This document shows, in pieces, positions 1-9,405 of a DNA stretch of 38,566 bases. The position numbers were made by a program, and so were the translations under genes. The notes under the pieces were generated by a model. The model worked only from the letters and a program-made list of their open reading frames with translations. It did no database searches and was not told the origin of the DNA. Source of the DNA: Candidatus Parabeggiatoa sp. nov. 2 (GTDB lineage: Bacteria; Pseudomonadota; Gammaproteobacteria; Beggiatoales; Beggiatoaceae); contig NBMI01000153.1 in assembly GCA_002085445.1 (NCBI GenBank), positions 1-38,566 of the forward strand. Direction: 5' to 3'. The stretch's first letter is position 1. Each line of letters begins with the position of its first letter.

Positions 1-25
1 GGGATAGTATCTGTTAGTCAAAGGT

Positions 26-209
26 TTTGAGGGCCATCAACTACTTTGGAAGCTTTCAAATTAACATAAGGCCCCCATGTCGGGCCTATTAAACCGTTAC
101 AAACTGCGCTGAAAGCGGAGAAATATTGGGCGACATAGGAGAGTTTGAGGGCCATCAACTACTTTGGAAGCTTTCAAATTAACATAAGGCCCCCATGTCG
201 GGCCTATTA
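26..209. repeat. Two direct copies (26..92 and 143..209) of a ~67-bp unit, each ending in a short hairpin (aggcccccatgtcgggcct)
   Basis: Near-identical string tttgagggccatcaactactttggaagctttcaaattaacataaggcccccatgtcgggcctattaaa occurs twice with a 117-bp period. Confidence 0.8.
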
Positions 210-353
210 AATACGTGCCAACCCCGAAGGGGTCTCCAGTGAATAGCCTTAAGAAAACGCAGTAACTCGCTACGCGAGATAATAGCCCCACGCGGAACCC
301 TCATCCTTATACATCAATTTTTAACTAATTGATTTTATAGCTATTAGCTTTTT

Positions 354-731
354 ATGACCAACCACCGTGCGGATACTCAAATCAATTACTTACAACTGTC
401 TCTGACACTTGTGTATAATAATGAGTGTTGGCGCGTGGGAACCAAGGCTCCACAACTAAACTTTGAGTGGGACGACGAGAAGGCGAAAGCAAATCTCAAA
501 AAACATGGTGTTAGTTTCGATGAAGCAACAACCGTTTTCATTGATCCCTTCTCAATGACGAATTATGATCCTGACCATTCAGTGGATGAACAACGGTATA
601 TTGACATCGGGAATTCTGATGACGGTCATGTGTTGGTAGTGGCTTATACTGAACGCGGCGCAAATATACGTCTTATTAGTTGCCGCAAGGCAACTCCTTC
701 GGAACGTAAGCTCTATGAAAAAAGTAAGTAA
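354..731 (+). CDS. brnT: BrnT-like toxin (DUF497/COG2929 family)
   Basis: Translation contains FEWDDEKAKANLKKHGVSFDEATTVF...DPDHSVDEQRYIDIG...GHVLVVAYTERGANIRLISCRKATPSERKLY, typical of BrnT toxins. The true start may be the in-frame GTG at 435, giving ~98 aa. Followed 19 bp downstream by a small antitoxin-like gene. Confidence 0.65.
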   Translation: MTNHRADTQINYLQLSLTLVYNNECWRVGTKAPQLNFEWDDEKAKANLKKHGVSFDEATTVFIDPFSMTNYDPDHSVDEQRYIDIGNSDDGHVLVVAYTERGANIRLISCRKATPSERKLYEKSK

Positions 732-750
732 TGATTAAAAGGAGAAATCT

Positions 751-1005
751 ATGCGTAGCGAATATGATTTTCCCGAAGGCGTGCGTGGCAAGCATCACAG
801 AGCTATGGAGGCTGGGTATACAATCACTATTCATAATGCGGATGGTACAAAGGTTACCAAAGAGGTGATGCCGAAAGAAGGCGTGGTTATTTTAGAGCCA
901 GATGTACGATCCTATTTTCAGGATTCTGAATCTGTTAACGCGATTTTACGTGCCTTGATTAAACTCATCCCGAGTGAAAAAAATCAGGTCATCATGCAAG
1001 GTTGA
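751..1005 (+). CDS. brnA: BrnA-like antitoxin (small DNA-binding partner of DUF497 toxins)
   Basis: N-terminal M-x-x-EYDF-x-x-G-x-RGK motif and C-terminal LEPDVRSYF...SESVNAILRALI; RBS aaaggag 6 nt upstream; in a toxin-first operon with 354..731. Confidence 0.6.
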   Translation: MRSEYDFPEGVRGKHHRAMEAGYTITIHNADGTKVTKEVMPKEGVVILEPDVRSYFQDSESVNAILRALIKLIPSEKNQVIMQG

Positions 1006-1018
1006 ATCAACGGGGGTT

Positions 1019-1090
1019 ATAATGATTAATGATTAATGATTAATGATTAATGATTAATGATTAATGATTAATGATTAATGATTAATGATT
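1019..1090. repeat. (TAATGAT)n microsatellite, ~10 copies; a second array of the same motif lies at 9506..9545
   Basis: Perfect heptamer tandem array read directly. Confidence 0.95.
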
Positions 1091-1140
1091 TAAATTCTTG
1101 TTTTTTATTATAATTTTAATAAGCGGAATAACATTTTGAT

Positions 1141-1260
1141 CAAGTTCTAGAACCCGTTGGAACCTCCTTTTCACCACCCCAGGACGGAACTTGGGGAAAG
1201 CAATAAGGCCTCAACCCCGTAGGGTGAATAGCCCTAGGTGGAACCTGGGCTGGTGAAAAT
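1141..1260. repeat. Dispersed repeat; a second copy lies at 9585..9660 (caagttYtagaacc...ggaacctccttttcaYcaccccagga)
   Basis: Long near-identical strings at both loci, each preceded by a (TAATGAT)n array and an AT-rich tract. Confidence 0.6.
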
Positions 1261-1358
1261 CAGGTGATTTTTTCCAAAAAACTGATCCAATTTTTATTCC
1301 GCATTTCAAAAATTTATATAAAAAAATAGTCACTTAAATAACCATATTTTCATTAACA

Positions 1359-1389
1359 ATTCACAATTCACAATTCACAATTCACAATT
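1359..1389. repeat. (TCACAAT)x4 tandem repeat
   Basis: Read directly. Confidence 0.9.
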
Positions 1390-1427
1390 TTCATCACCCC
1401 AGGTTCCACCTCAATGCCATTAAGTTA

Positions 1428-1497
1428 AGGGCTTTGCACGTGGGATTGCCCCTACAAACCGTCATGTCGTGTAGGGGCAATCCTTTATGGTTGCCCT
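1428..1497. repeat. Hairpin-containing dispersed element (gggctttgcacgtggg...attgcccctacaaaccgtcatgtcgtgtaggggcaat...); second, partly duplicated copy at 7826..7917
   Basis: 12-bp inverted repeat attgcccctaca/tgtaggggcaat; same ~70-bp string at both loci. Confidence 0.8.
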
Positions 1498-1561
1498 CAC
1501 CGAAAAGCGGTTCCGCGAATTCATTGTACTATTTATCTCTATTAGAGGAGGATAATAAATC

Positions 1562-4500
1562 ATGCCATTATTTGGTAAAGCCAAGAAAACTCAAGAAAAC
1601 GCGGCCGAGAAAAAGCCGAACGGCCGCGAAGCGGCCAAAGAAGCGAAGAAGAAAAAACCCGTGGGCAAACACGATGGCCGCATTGCGCTATTCGGATGCC
1701 GTGCCGCGGGTAAAACCGTCTATATTGGTTCACTTTTCCATGAATACCATGGCCGTGCGTCGGGCCTTGATGTCACTTTTCTGGGTGATCGAAGTGCCGT
1801 CTATCTGGCTGATCTGCAAAAGTCCATTCTGGCTTCCCCAAGAACTTGGCCGGCACCGACTGTGGTTGAAAATGAGGTGCGTTTAAAACTGGAGCTTGAG
1901 AGTGCCTTAGCCACCTCTTCACCAAAGGTTAATCTACAACTGTTTGATCCGCCCGGCGAGTGGTTAGCACTCGGTGGTGACGAACAAGCGGCCCCCGATA
2001 AACAAGGAGGCGCAAAAGCCATGCGCGACTTTGTGGCGGAGGCTGATGGAATATTTTTCTTTTTTGAGCCAGACAACTTTGCCTTCAAAGTGTTGCGCGG
2101 CAAAATCAAAAAGGCGCTCCCGGAGCTCCAGAAGTGGGAACAAGACGTTGATGAACGGCTAGGCCTTCTGGTAACCGCATTAAAAGAAAATGCGGATAAT
2201 CTTTTAGTACCATTGCAATCGGAAAACTTTCTGGTTCCGTTAGTGGAAAAAGACGATCAGGAGGAGATGGTTCGTGAGGTTGACGGGATTTTGAGTGGTG
2301 CTGAGGCAAATAGAGATTCACTGCTAAAAGGCCTGTTTCGGGACGCGGAGTTAAAGTATCTGCTCAGAAAGCATGAACTGAATGTCGAGCCAATCCTAGC
2401 GAATGCCCAAGAAATCAGCCAGACTCGCACACCCACTGGTAAAGCGGTTGATGTACTGTTTCGCATTATTGAGCTGATCCAAGAAAGTGCGGCTAGTGAA
2501 GACAAGGAGAGTGAGACCAAATTGTTGCAGAACATCGAGTCCTATTTTCGGATCGAAAGTAACAATCGCTTGATGGCCGCAGTGACGCGACTTCAGGAAA
2601 TCAGTAAGAAGGCCGAAGAAGACTCTACGGCCGAAAACCGTTCTATTGCCGTGATCATCGCTAAAGCTGATGAACTGGATGTGTTTCGCCAATCCCCCGA
2701 CCGGCCTTATGTGCTGATTCCGCCTCATTTGGAACACCTGAAATTCAAACAGGGCCCGGATCGATTGGATAACCTCCGAGATGCCTTGAAAAGCTATTGG
2801 GAAAAGCAAGATACCCGTTGGGGTTCTATTATTGATCAGCTCTTGACGGGGCCCTTCAAAAGCTTGTTTCTCAAGCTCATGAGCTTTCCTGGCGATTTTC
2901 AGATTTTCTTTGTCTCCGCCGTCGGGGAAGCTAAACGCGATAAGAACGGCTTTATGCAACCGCCCCAAGGTGAGGACGCGTTTAAGCCAGCGGGGGTTGA
3001 TAAACCGGTACTTTGGACGGCCCAGCAGATTTATAGTCATGCCATGATATATCGGGCGATTCGCCGCATGCTTCGCTGGGCCATTTTGCCCATTGTTCTG
3101 CTCTTGATCCCGGCGGCTCTATTTACCTATAATGCCTTATTTCAATCGGCGCTGGAGCGGGAAACTGATCCGACACTTCAAACGGCGGCCACTCAGTCCT
3201 ATAAGTGGTTAGTGAGTCTGCCTATGCCACCCAAGGCGGCTGTGACAACACGTATTGCGTTTTTGGATTTTAACCAAAAGTGGGCCGCGTACCAGCAACA
3301 AGTCGGTGATCTGTTTTCACGCCCAGATAAACGCCCGGATGAGGCACTTGAACAGGCACTGGCCCAATTAGAGCTTCTCATCCAAGGCAGCACCGGCCTC
3401 GTTCATACCGTGGCCCAACACCAAGATTCCTTGCGTACCGATGCGGCTCGCTTGGAGAATACGTTGCGCCAACCTGAGCGGCTGCGGTTGCACATTCTCT
3501 ACGCCAATTTCATGCTTAACTGGCTAAGAGACCATTTTGACAGCAGTTGGGCGGTTGACGATTCGGCGTTAGAGGCCCATCTGAAAACGCTTCGAGCATC
3601 AGTCGACAAGTTGCGCTACCAGTTAAAGGCCACCCCCAAGGAAGTCAGTTTATGGCCTACTTTGGAACAGGCGATAGCGCAATTGCAACTTCAGGAAATC
3701 GTCTTTCGCTTAACACCGATTCGTTCACAACTGGCCGAATTGGATAAGCAATACCGTCGCTCTCAAGGTTGGTTTTTACCCGAATGGAGTGCCGATGAAC
3801 CGACTGCTCCGAAAAACATCGAGGCCTTGCTGCAACAGGAAAAGGCGGTAAAGCACTTACATAACAAATTGGCGACGATAAAAGCGTTGTTTTCCGAGGT
3901 TAAGCCAAACCTACAACGCGTTTCTGCACTCAAGGAACGCCTGGTTAAACTCCAACAGTCTCAGGCCCAAACCCAAAAACAAGTTGAACAGTTGGCAGCA
4001 AGTATCCAGGTAGAATACACCCACCTTCTGGCGTGGCAAAAGTACAAGGAACTCCAGAACCGCTTAGAAGAACTCAATCTGACGGGTAGCCAAAATGAGA
4101 TAGCCTCTCTACTGACTCAAGCAGAGGAAGTGTACAAACTCGCCGCCGGCAAGATTGTTTCCGGTAACGTGATGAAAATCGCCCAAGGAAAAGCGCGTGC
4201 GCTCCAGAAAATGCAGCAAGCGATTTCTTCGGCGATTGTTGCCCTTAAGAACTACCAACAAAATGGGGTGCCGATGAAGTTTAGCTTTACTAACCCGCTT
4301 GCGATTACGTTGTCGGTGCCATTGGCCGATGGCCGGGAACAGACGCTGCCAAAAGGCCAGTCATTCCGTTGGTTGCCTACGCTGCCTTTACCAATGGTTT
4401 TAATTGCTAACGCCTCGGATATTGAACTGCCAGTTGCGCCACTGATGGTGCCGGGTGACTTTAAGAAAGATATACTCATCAAGGTAACCGGCCAAAACCA

Positions 4501-4588
4501 AACGCTCATTCTGCTGGATACTTGGATGAGCTATGCCGAAGCCTTGGAATCCGTCTTGGTGCCCTACGATGGGGCATGGATTCATTAG
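1562..4588 (+). CDS. Large P-loop NTPase (GTPase-like motifs) with a predicted membrane segment and a long C-terminal coiled coil; function unknown
   Basis: Strong RBS agaggagg. Lys-rich N-terminus. Walker A/G1 is GCRAAGKT, followed by a DPPGE (DxxG, G3-like) box, an AKAD (NKxD-like) box and SAVG. A hydrophobic helix AILPIVLLLIPAALFTY lies near aa 500. The remaining ~450 aa are heptad-rich, Q/L/E/K-rich sequence. Confidence 0.8.
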   Translation: MPLFGKAKKTQENAAEKKPNGREAAKEAKKKKPVGKHDGRIALFGCRAAGKTVYIGSLFHEYHGRASGLDVTFLGDRSAVYLADLQKSILASPRTWPAPTVVENEVRLKLELESALATSSPKVNLQLFDPPGEWLALGGDEQAAPDKQGGAKAMRDFVAEADGIFFFFEPDNFAFKVLRGKIKKALPELQKWEQDVDERLGLLVTALKENADNLLVPLQSENFLVPLVEKDDQEEMVREVDGILSGAEANRDSLLKGLFRDAELKYLLRKHELNVEPILANAQEISQTRTPTGKAVDVLFRIIELIQESAASEDKESETKLLQNIESYFRIESNNRLMAAVTRLQEISKKAEEDSTAENRSIAVIIAKADELDVFRQSPDRPYVLIPPHLEHLKFKQGPDRLDNLRDALKSYWEKQDTRWGSIIDQLLTGPFKSLFLKLMSFPGDFQIFFVSAVGEAKRDKNGFMQPPQGEDAFKPAGVDKPVLWTAQQIYSHAMIYRAIRRMLRWAILPIVLLLIPAALFTYNALFQSALERETDPTLQTAATQSYKWLVSLPMPPKAAVTTRIAFLDFNQKWAAYQQQVGDLFSRPDKRPDEALEQALAQLELLIQGSTGLVHTVAQHQDSLRTDAARLENTLRQPERLRLHILYANFMLNWLRDHFDSSWAVDDSALEAHLKTLRASVDKLRYQLKATPKEVSLWPTLEQAIAQLQLQEIVFRLTPIRSQLAELDKQYRRSQGWFLPEWSADEPTAPKNIEALLQQEKAVKHLHNKLATIKALFSEVKPNLQRVSALKERLVKLQQSQAQTQKQVEQLAASIQVEYTHLLAWQKYKELQNRLEELNLTGSQNEIASLLTQAEEVYKLAAGKIVSGNVMKIAQGKARALQKMQQAISSAIVALKNYQQNGVPMKFSFTNPLAITLSVPLADGREQTLPKGQSFRWLPTLPLPMVLIANASDIELPVAPLMVPGDFKKDILIKVTGQNQTLILLDTWMSYAEALESVLVPYDGAWIH

Positions 4589-4592
4589 CAGT

Positions 4593-4812
4593 GATCAGTG
4601 ATCAGAAGTCCAAACTTTAGTTTGGCCGGAGTCCAAACTTTAGTTTGGCAGTATTAAGTACAACGAATTACGCGGATAAACGAATTGAGATTGGGAGAGT
4701 TTGGCAGTCAGTATTAAGTACAACGAAACGCAGTGGCGGAACGCCTATTACGCGGATAAACGAATTGAGATTGGGAGAGTTTGGCAGGAGTCCAAACTTT
4801 AGTTTGACAGCG
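4593..4812. repeat. Composite repeat block: REP-like palindromes (GGAGTCCAAACTTTAGTTTGG) flanking two copies of the dispersed 'GTACAACGAATTACGCGGATAAACGAAT' element
   Basis: Hairpin tccaaactttagtttgga at 4631..4648 and 4790..4807; family-B units at 4651..4707 and 4711..4787. Confidence 0.85.
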
Positions 4813-5104
4813 CCAGAGGCTGTTTGGCAGTGCCAAGTTAAAACCTGTTACCCGTCAATAGAACATTGACAGAGTATTAGGATGGGTTTGGGGTAAAAAT
4901 CACCGAATAAAAATGGCCTCCATAAAATATGGCAAGCATGAAAATTGCCTTTTGCAACAAGACTTTATTTATCAATACGATATAATTGTTATGATTTTAT
5001 TGAGCGAATGAAGAGGTACAAAGCTGGTAATCAACATTTTAAGGGATGAGAAATCCGATTTTTTCCTAAAATCGGATTTCTTTTATTAATAAATAGGAGA
5101 AAAA

Positions 5105-7351
5105 ATGAGCATCAAGAAGCTTGAATTGTTTCTAGCCATATCGGGGGGCGTTGTGTATTGGCAAACCCCCGGGCTGAAGGGGCATAAAGGGTTGATAAAC
5201 TCTGTTGATGAGCCTATTCAGTATGGCCTTGATTTGAGAGATAACCGAGGCGTGTTTGCTACTTTTAACCATCTTATCAACGGTGAACACTATGTTTCGC
5301 TCACCTGCGGTGTGCTTGGGAAAGATGATAGAGGAAGGTCGGACGCGCCCTATCGGTTTTATGCCGTTTTGCCGTGGGCGATTTACCAAGAACTGGGGGC
5401 CGATGCTTTTGCGTTGGCTCGTTGGGCGTTTAGTAAGGAAGTACTGGGCCGAAGATATGGGAACACCAAAACGGAGGAAGAGGGCGAATTATTTTCGCCT
5501 CAGGTCTATAAATATTTTTCGCCTATCAAGGCGGATCCTCAGCCTGATCTGAGTTTCCTGAGAAGGCAGTTGCCTGATGAAGAGCGATTGGGGCAGTTTT
5601 TAGGGGCATTGATTGCGGGTGTGGCCCCACCACTGCGTTTTCGGGACGAGGGATATGCCGGCCAATGGTCTTCTTATGATCCTTGGAGTAACCGGATACC
5701 GACGAATGGAGAGCGCTTATTAGAAGAACTCTATTTGTGTCTGCCTTATGAAGTACGCTCATGGTGTAATATTTCAACGGCTTGGAAACGGTGTGATAGT
5801 GAGAAGTTTCCGTTTCAGTTGGCATTGGATGGTGAATCTTCGGAGAATGCCGCAGCAGCTTTAGCACGGGTCGTTGATGGCATGGCGGAAGTGGCCCAGC
5901 GCAAGGCCCAAACGGTGGTCAAACAGTATGTTACGCCGCTGTTTCAAGCCATCGCGAAGAATGACGATAAACGCATTAATCAGTTGCGCCGCACTTTTAC
6001 GCTCCAGTCGATCAGTTGGCCGTCTGCACCTAAAACCATCGCTCGCACTGGGGGGGGTGTTCGTGGTGAGTTTAAGCAAGCGCCTACCAGTGCGAGTGCT
6101 CAGAGTTGGATGGCTTTGGTAAAGCATCCGCTTGTGATTGGCGCGGTGGTTGTGGCGTTGGTTGGTGGCTTTGGAATGGGTGGAAGGTTGCTTTCTTCCA
6201 AAGATGGCTTGGAAGAGATAACGGCTCAATTAGAGAAGTTACAGAATGAGCGAAATAGTTTTGAAACTCAATTAACTGAGTTACAAGGTCAATTTCAGCC
6301 GGTTAAGCAAAAGAGGGATGAGTTACAAAAGGAGTTGGATGAGACAAAGGGTGAAATCGACTCTCTCACGGGGCAAATTGCCACTTTGGAAAAAGACAAG
6401 ACTTTGTTAACGCAAGAACTGGCTAGAATCAAGAGTGACAAAACTGGAAGCGACAACCTGAACAAAGCATACGGTGAAATTACTAGGTTGAAAACGGACT
6501 TAGGTAACTGCGAAAAGGAAAAGGGCAACTTGACTGAACAATGCAAAACGGACAAGGGCAACTTGGCTCAAAGCGTGGCAAAAAAGAGTCAAGAATATAA
6601 TGTCTTGGTTTCGGACTTAGACACATGCAATACGGCAAATGGCTACTTGGGTCAACAATTGGTTCAATGCGGAGGTGAAAAGGACAACTTGGCTCAAAGC
6701 GTGGAAAAAAAGAGTCAAGAATATAATGTCTTGGTTTCGGACTTAAACATATGCAATACGGACAAGGGCAAATTGGCTCAAGACGTGGCAAAAAAGAGTC
6801 AAGAATATAATGTCTTGGTTTCGGACTTAAACATATGCAATACGGACAAGGGCAAATTGGCTGAACAATGCCAAACGGACAAGGCTAATTTGACTCGACA
6901 ATGCCAAACGGACAGGGACATTAACCTTAAGGGCTGGAAGTTAATCGTCACTTCTGGCAGTGACTCTAAGAGAAATTCACTCTCTGGAAACATTCCGAGA
7001 AAAGGGTTCCTTATTCTAAGAAGGAATGTCTCTGAGACAGAACCGAGAGTTTCACTAGAACACAGGAAGGGCGCTACCTTTGATGGGATGTTATGGAATG
7101 AAGGGAAAAAGGGTAAAAATAAAGCGTCATTGATATTGAAGGACAGGAACAACGAGATCGTTGATCAAGTTGATCAATGGTATGCTGGTAAAAACGACGA
7201 CAAACGTACCATGGAACGAAAACGCCCTGATGTTGGTGGGAATGATCAAGAAAATTGGTGTACTGCTTCAGGGTATAATTACAATTGGCGTGATGATAAT
7301 TCTCCTTACGATACGGGTACACCCGGCAGTCGGAATACCTGTGCTGAGTAA
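5105..7351 (+). CDS. Membrane protein with an N-terminal cytoplasmic domain of unknown function, one TM helix, a coiled coil with in-frame 27-aa tandem repeats, and a C-terminal lamin-tail-like (LTD) domain
   Basis: RBS aataggag. TM helix LVIGAVVVALVGGFGMGG. Three 81-bp repeats at 6697..6860 encode LAQSVxKKSQEYNVLVSDLNICNTDKGK. The C-terminal segment KGWKLIVTSGSD...GFLILRRNVSE...GMLWNEGKK...ASLILKDRNNEIVDQVDQW matches the LTD fold pattern (GW-L, a conserved W-N-G pattern and a D-x-V-D pattern). Confidence 0.8.
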   Translation: MSIKKLELFLAISGGVVYWQTPGLKGHKGLINSVDEPIQYGLDLRDNRGVFATFNHLINGEHYVSLTCGVLGKDDRGRSDAPYRFYAVLPWAIYQELGADAFALARWAFSKEVLGRRYGNTKTEEEGELFSPQVYKYFSPIKADPQPDLSFLRRQLPDEERLGQFLGALIAGVAPPLRFRDEGYAGQWSSYDPWSNRIPTNGERLLEELYLCLPYEVRSWCNISTAWKRCDSEKFPFQLALDGESSENAAAALARVVDGMAEVAQRKAQTVVKQYVTPLFQAIAKNDDKRINQLRRTFTLQSISWPSAPKTIARTGGGVRGEFKQAPTSASAQSWMALVKHPLVIGAVVVALVGGFGMGGRLLSSKDGLEEITAQLEKLQNERNSFETQLTELQGQFQPVKQKRDELQKELDETKGEIDSLTGQIATLEKDKTLLTQELARIKSDKTGSDNLNKAYGEITRLKTDLGNCEKEKGNLTEQCKTDKGNLAQSVAKKSQEYNVLVSDLDTCNTANGYLGQQLVQCGGEKDNLAQSVEKKSQEYNVLVSDLNICNTDKGKLAQDVAKKSQEYNVLVSDLNICNTDKGKLAEQCQTDKANLTRQCQTDRDINLKGWKLIVTSGSDSKRNSLSGNIPRKGFLILRRNVSETEPRVSLEHRKGATFDGMLWNEGKKGKNKASLILKDRNNEIVDQVDQWYAGKNDDKRTMERKRPDVGGNDQENWCTASGYNYNWRDDNSPYDTGTPGSRNTCAE

Positions 7352-7364
7352 GTAATAACGATGA

Positions 7365-8137
7365 AGAGTACAACGCAACTTCGTTAAGGAACGCCCATAA
7401 CGAGATAGACGAATAAAACGACATTGCTCAATTCGTTTATCTTGCAATATGCTTGCGGAGCAAACCTGAATGGGTTCCTACGCAGAACGTCAATGCTAAG
7501 CCAGGGGCGTTGCCCTTGGCTATATTAATATCGCCCAAAGCCCAAACAAAGCCAGGGGCGATGCCCCTGGCTATATTAATCTCGCCCCGTTGGGGCTCAG
7601 TTCCAAGGGCGATGCCCCTGGCTATATTAATCTCGCCCTGTTGGGGCTAGAAAGGTAGCTGCGAAGTTTCGTTGTACTTTTCGTCATTCGTTTATCGGCC
7701 CGTAATTCCTACTATCATTCGTTTATCGGCCCGTAATTCGTTGTACTATCATTCGTTTATCCGCGTAATTCGTTGTACTAAGTACCGAAGCACATATTAT
7801 CAGGTATTTTGCAGGAATCAAAAGGGCTTTGCACGTGGGCTTGTAAGGGCTTTGCACGTGGGATTGCCCCTACGAACCGTCGTGTCATGTAGGGGCAATC
7901 CTTTATGGTTGCCCCTTTGGCCCACAATTTTGTACGGTCACAAATTGCGCGTTTGTCATTTCGGTTTCTTTGAACGGAAAAATCTTGATAAATCTTGATA
8001 AATCTTGATAAATTAAAGTTTGGACTTCTGCCAAACTCAAGTTTGAACGACTGCCAAACTAAAGTTTGGACTCCTGCCGACGACTGCCAAACTAAAGTTT
8101 GGACTCCAGATCAGTGATGAGTAAGTAATAACGATGA
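7365..8137. repeat. 773-bp intergenic block made only of repeat-family units: family B, ccaggggc hairpin triplet (7495..7650), family E hairpin element (7826..7917), (AAATCTTGAT)x3 (7978..8009) and REP-like palindromes (8011..8112)
   Basis: Every sub-unit recurs elsewhere in the window. The block is bounded by a 24/25-bp direct duplication (7341..7365 and 8114..8138). Confidence 0.8.
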
Positions 8138-9363
8138 AAAATAACCCTAACAATTGGTTTGAACTACTATTCGAGGTGAAACCATGGCAAGATGGCATGG
8201 CCCTTTCCGACCGTTCCTTACACGAACACGAAGCCCAACAAGTCATTTTAGCCCGTCTTTATGGCGCAGTTCGTTGGGGAAAAGACTGTTTTGGGCTGCA
8301 CCCAGCCGGAAAACTGATCTCAACATGCCAACAAGTTGATGACCAAACCTGGGAATACCAACTGACAGAAGCCATTGCCATCACAATCACCGGGCAAATC
8401 TTAGTGTGTGGGCCATGTCAACAGACACTCTCGTTGGCTGACAGGGGCCTATTGGTTGCGGTACCGATTGAACAAGAATCACTGCCAGCGGCCCTTTGGT
8501 ATCGAGCGGAAATAAAATTCTATCCAGAAGACGAAGCCAACGCACTTAGACAAGGCGTTCCGATAGCTCGTTGGCTAGGAGAAGAAGGCCTAGACGAAAA
8601 CTACCTTCCTCCCGCGATGAGCTTGGGTGCCCATCCCCATCTATGGCAACAAGCGACAGCGATAGCCGAGTGCATTGAACGGATATTGGAGCAAGTCACG
8701 GTACCTAATCCATGGTTGCTCAATGTTTGGGTTCCGTCTGGTGATGAAGAACGCCTTATGGCGATGCCCCCAATGGAATGGTTATGTCTCCATCTGCGTA
8801 GCCTTCGGGGATTAGCCTCACAAGACAAATTACGTCCCTTAATAAAACACCTTGAACATGTCCAGAAAAAACCGTTATCACTATTAAATCTAACCGAAGG
8901 CGTGAAAGACATAAAAACCGCTTGGGAAATAGTAGAAGCACGATTGCCCGAAGGAATAACCATCAAAACAGACAAAGGGCTTTTTAAATCAGTTAAACTA
9001 CCCATAGAAAGAGAACGTTGTTTGGACAAATCCCAATGTATTGTCATCACTATTCCACCGGAACTGAACAACACGCCCTTACTACTTGCCGTACCTACCA
9101 CACTTTACAAGAGTGAAGAACTTAATGATCCTAAAAAATGGGCAATCAACCTAAATAAACCGTCAGAAAGTGGCCGAGGCTATCACAACAACAGAAGGCT
9201 TAATTTCTTCCAAAAGACGGCCGTTAACAAGGAAGAAGCCTACTGGGTTTGTGAACTACCGCGTCCGCTCACGATAGTCAACCATTATGGCATACTCACA
9301 CTCCTTGCCAACGTAGATGATCTCAACGAACTAGTAGTCTGTCAGGAGTCCAAACGACGCTAA
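8134..9363 (+). CDS. Hypothetical protein, 409 aa, no recognisable domain
   Basis: Long ORF with sensible composition, flanked by REP-like elements and a strong downstream terminator hairpin. Confidence 0.6.
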   Translation: MKNNPNNWFELLFEVKPWQDGMALSDRSLHEHEAQQVILARLYGAVRWGKDCFGLHPAGKLISTCQQVDDQTWEYQLTEAIAITITGQILVCGPCQQTLSLADRGLLVAVPIEQESLPAALWYRAEIKFYPEDEANALRQGVPIARWLGEEGLDENYLPPAMSLGAHPHLWQQATAIAECIERILEQVTVPNPWLLNVWVPSGDEERLMAMPPMEWLCLHLRSLRGLASQDKLRPLIKHLEHVQKKPLSLLNLTEGVKDIKTAWEIVEARLPEGITIKTDKGLFKSVKLPIERERCLDKSQCIVITIPPELNNTPLLLAVPTTLYKSEELNDPKKWAINLNKPSESGRGYHNNRRLNFFQKTAVNKEEAYWVCELPRPLTIVNHYGILTLLANVDDLNELVVCQESKRR

Positions 9364-9405
9364 AGTTTCGCTCCGCGAAACTTTAGCGTCGTTTTTAGTT
9401 TGGCA
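9364..9405 (+). terminator. Rho-independent terminator-like hairpin
   Basis: cgacgctaaagtttcgc-tccgc-gaaactttagcgtcg (15-bp perfect stem) followed by tttttag, directly after the stop of 8134..9363. Confidence 0.7.

Noticed and set aside
97-291. 64-aa minus-strand ORF
   Set aside because: It spans the 67-bp direct-repeat pair and has no RBS, so it is probably a repeat artefact.
2396-3040. 214-aa minus-strand ORF inside the GTPase gene
   Set aside because: It is antisense to a well-supported 1008-aa gene and has no RBS or recognisable features.
7453-7650. 65-aa ORF
   Set aside because: The ORF lies entirely within three copies of a hairpin repeat (ccaggggcgatgcccctggctatattaatctcgccc...) and its translation is itself repetitive.
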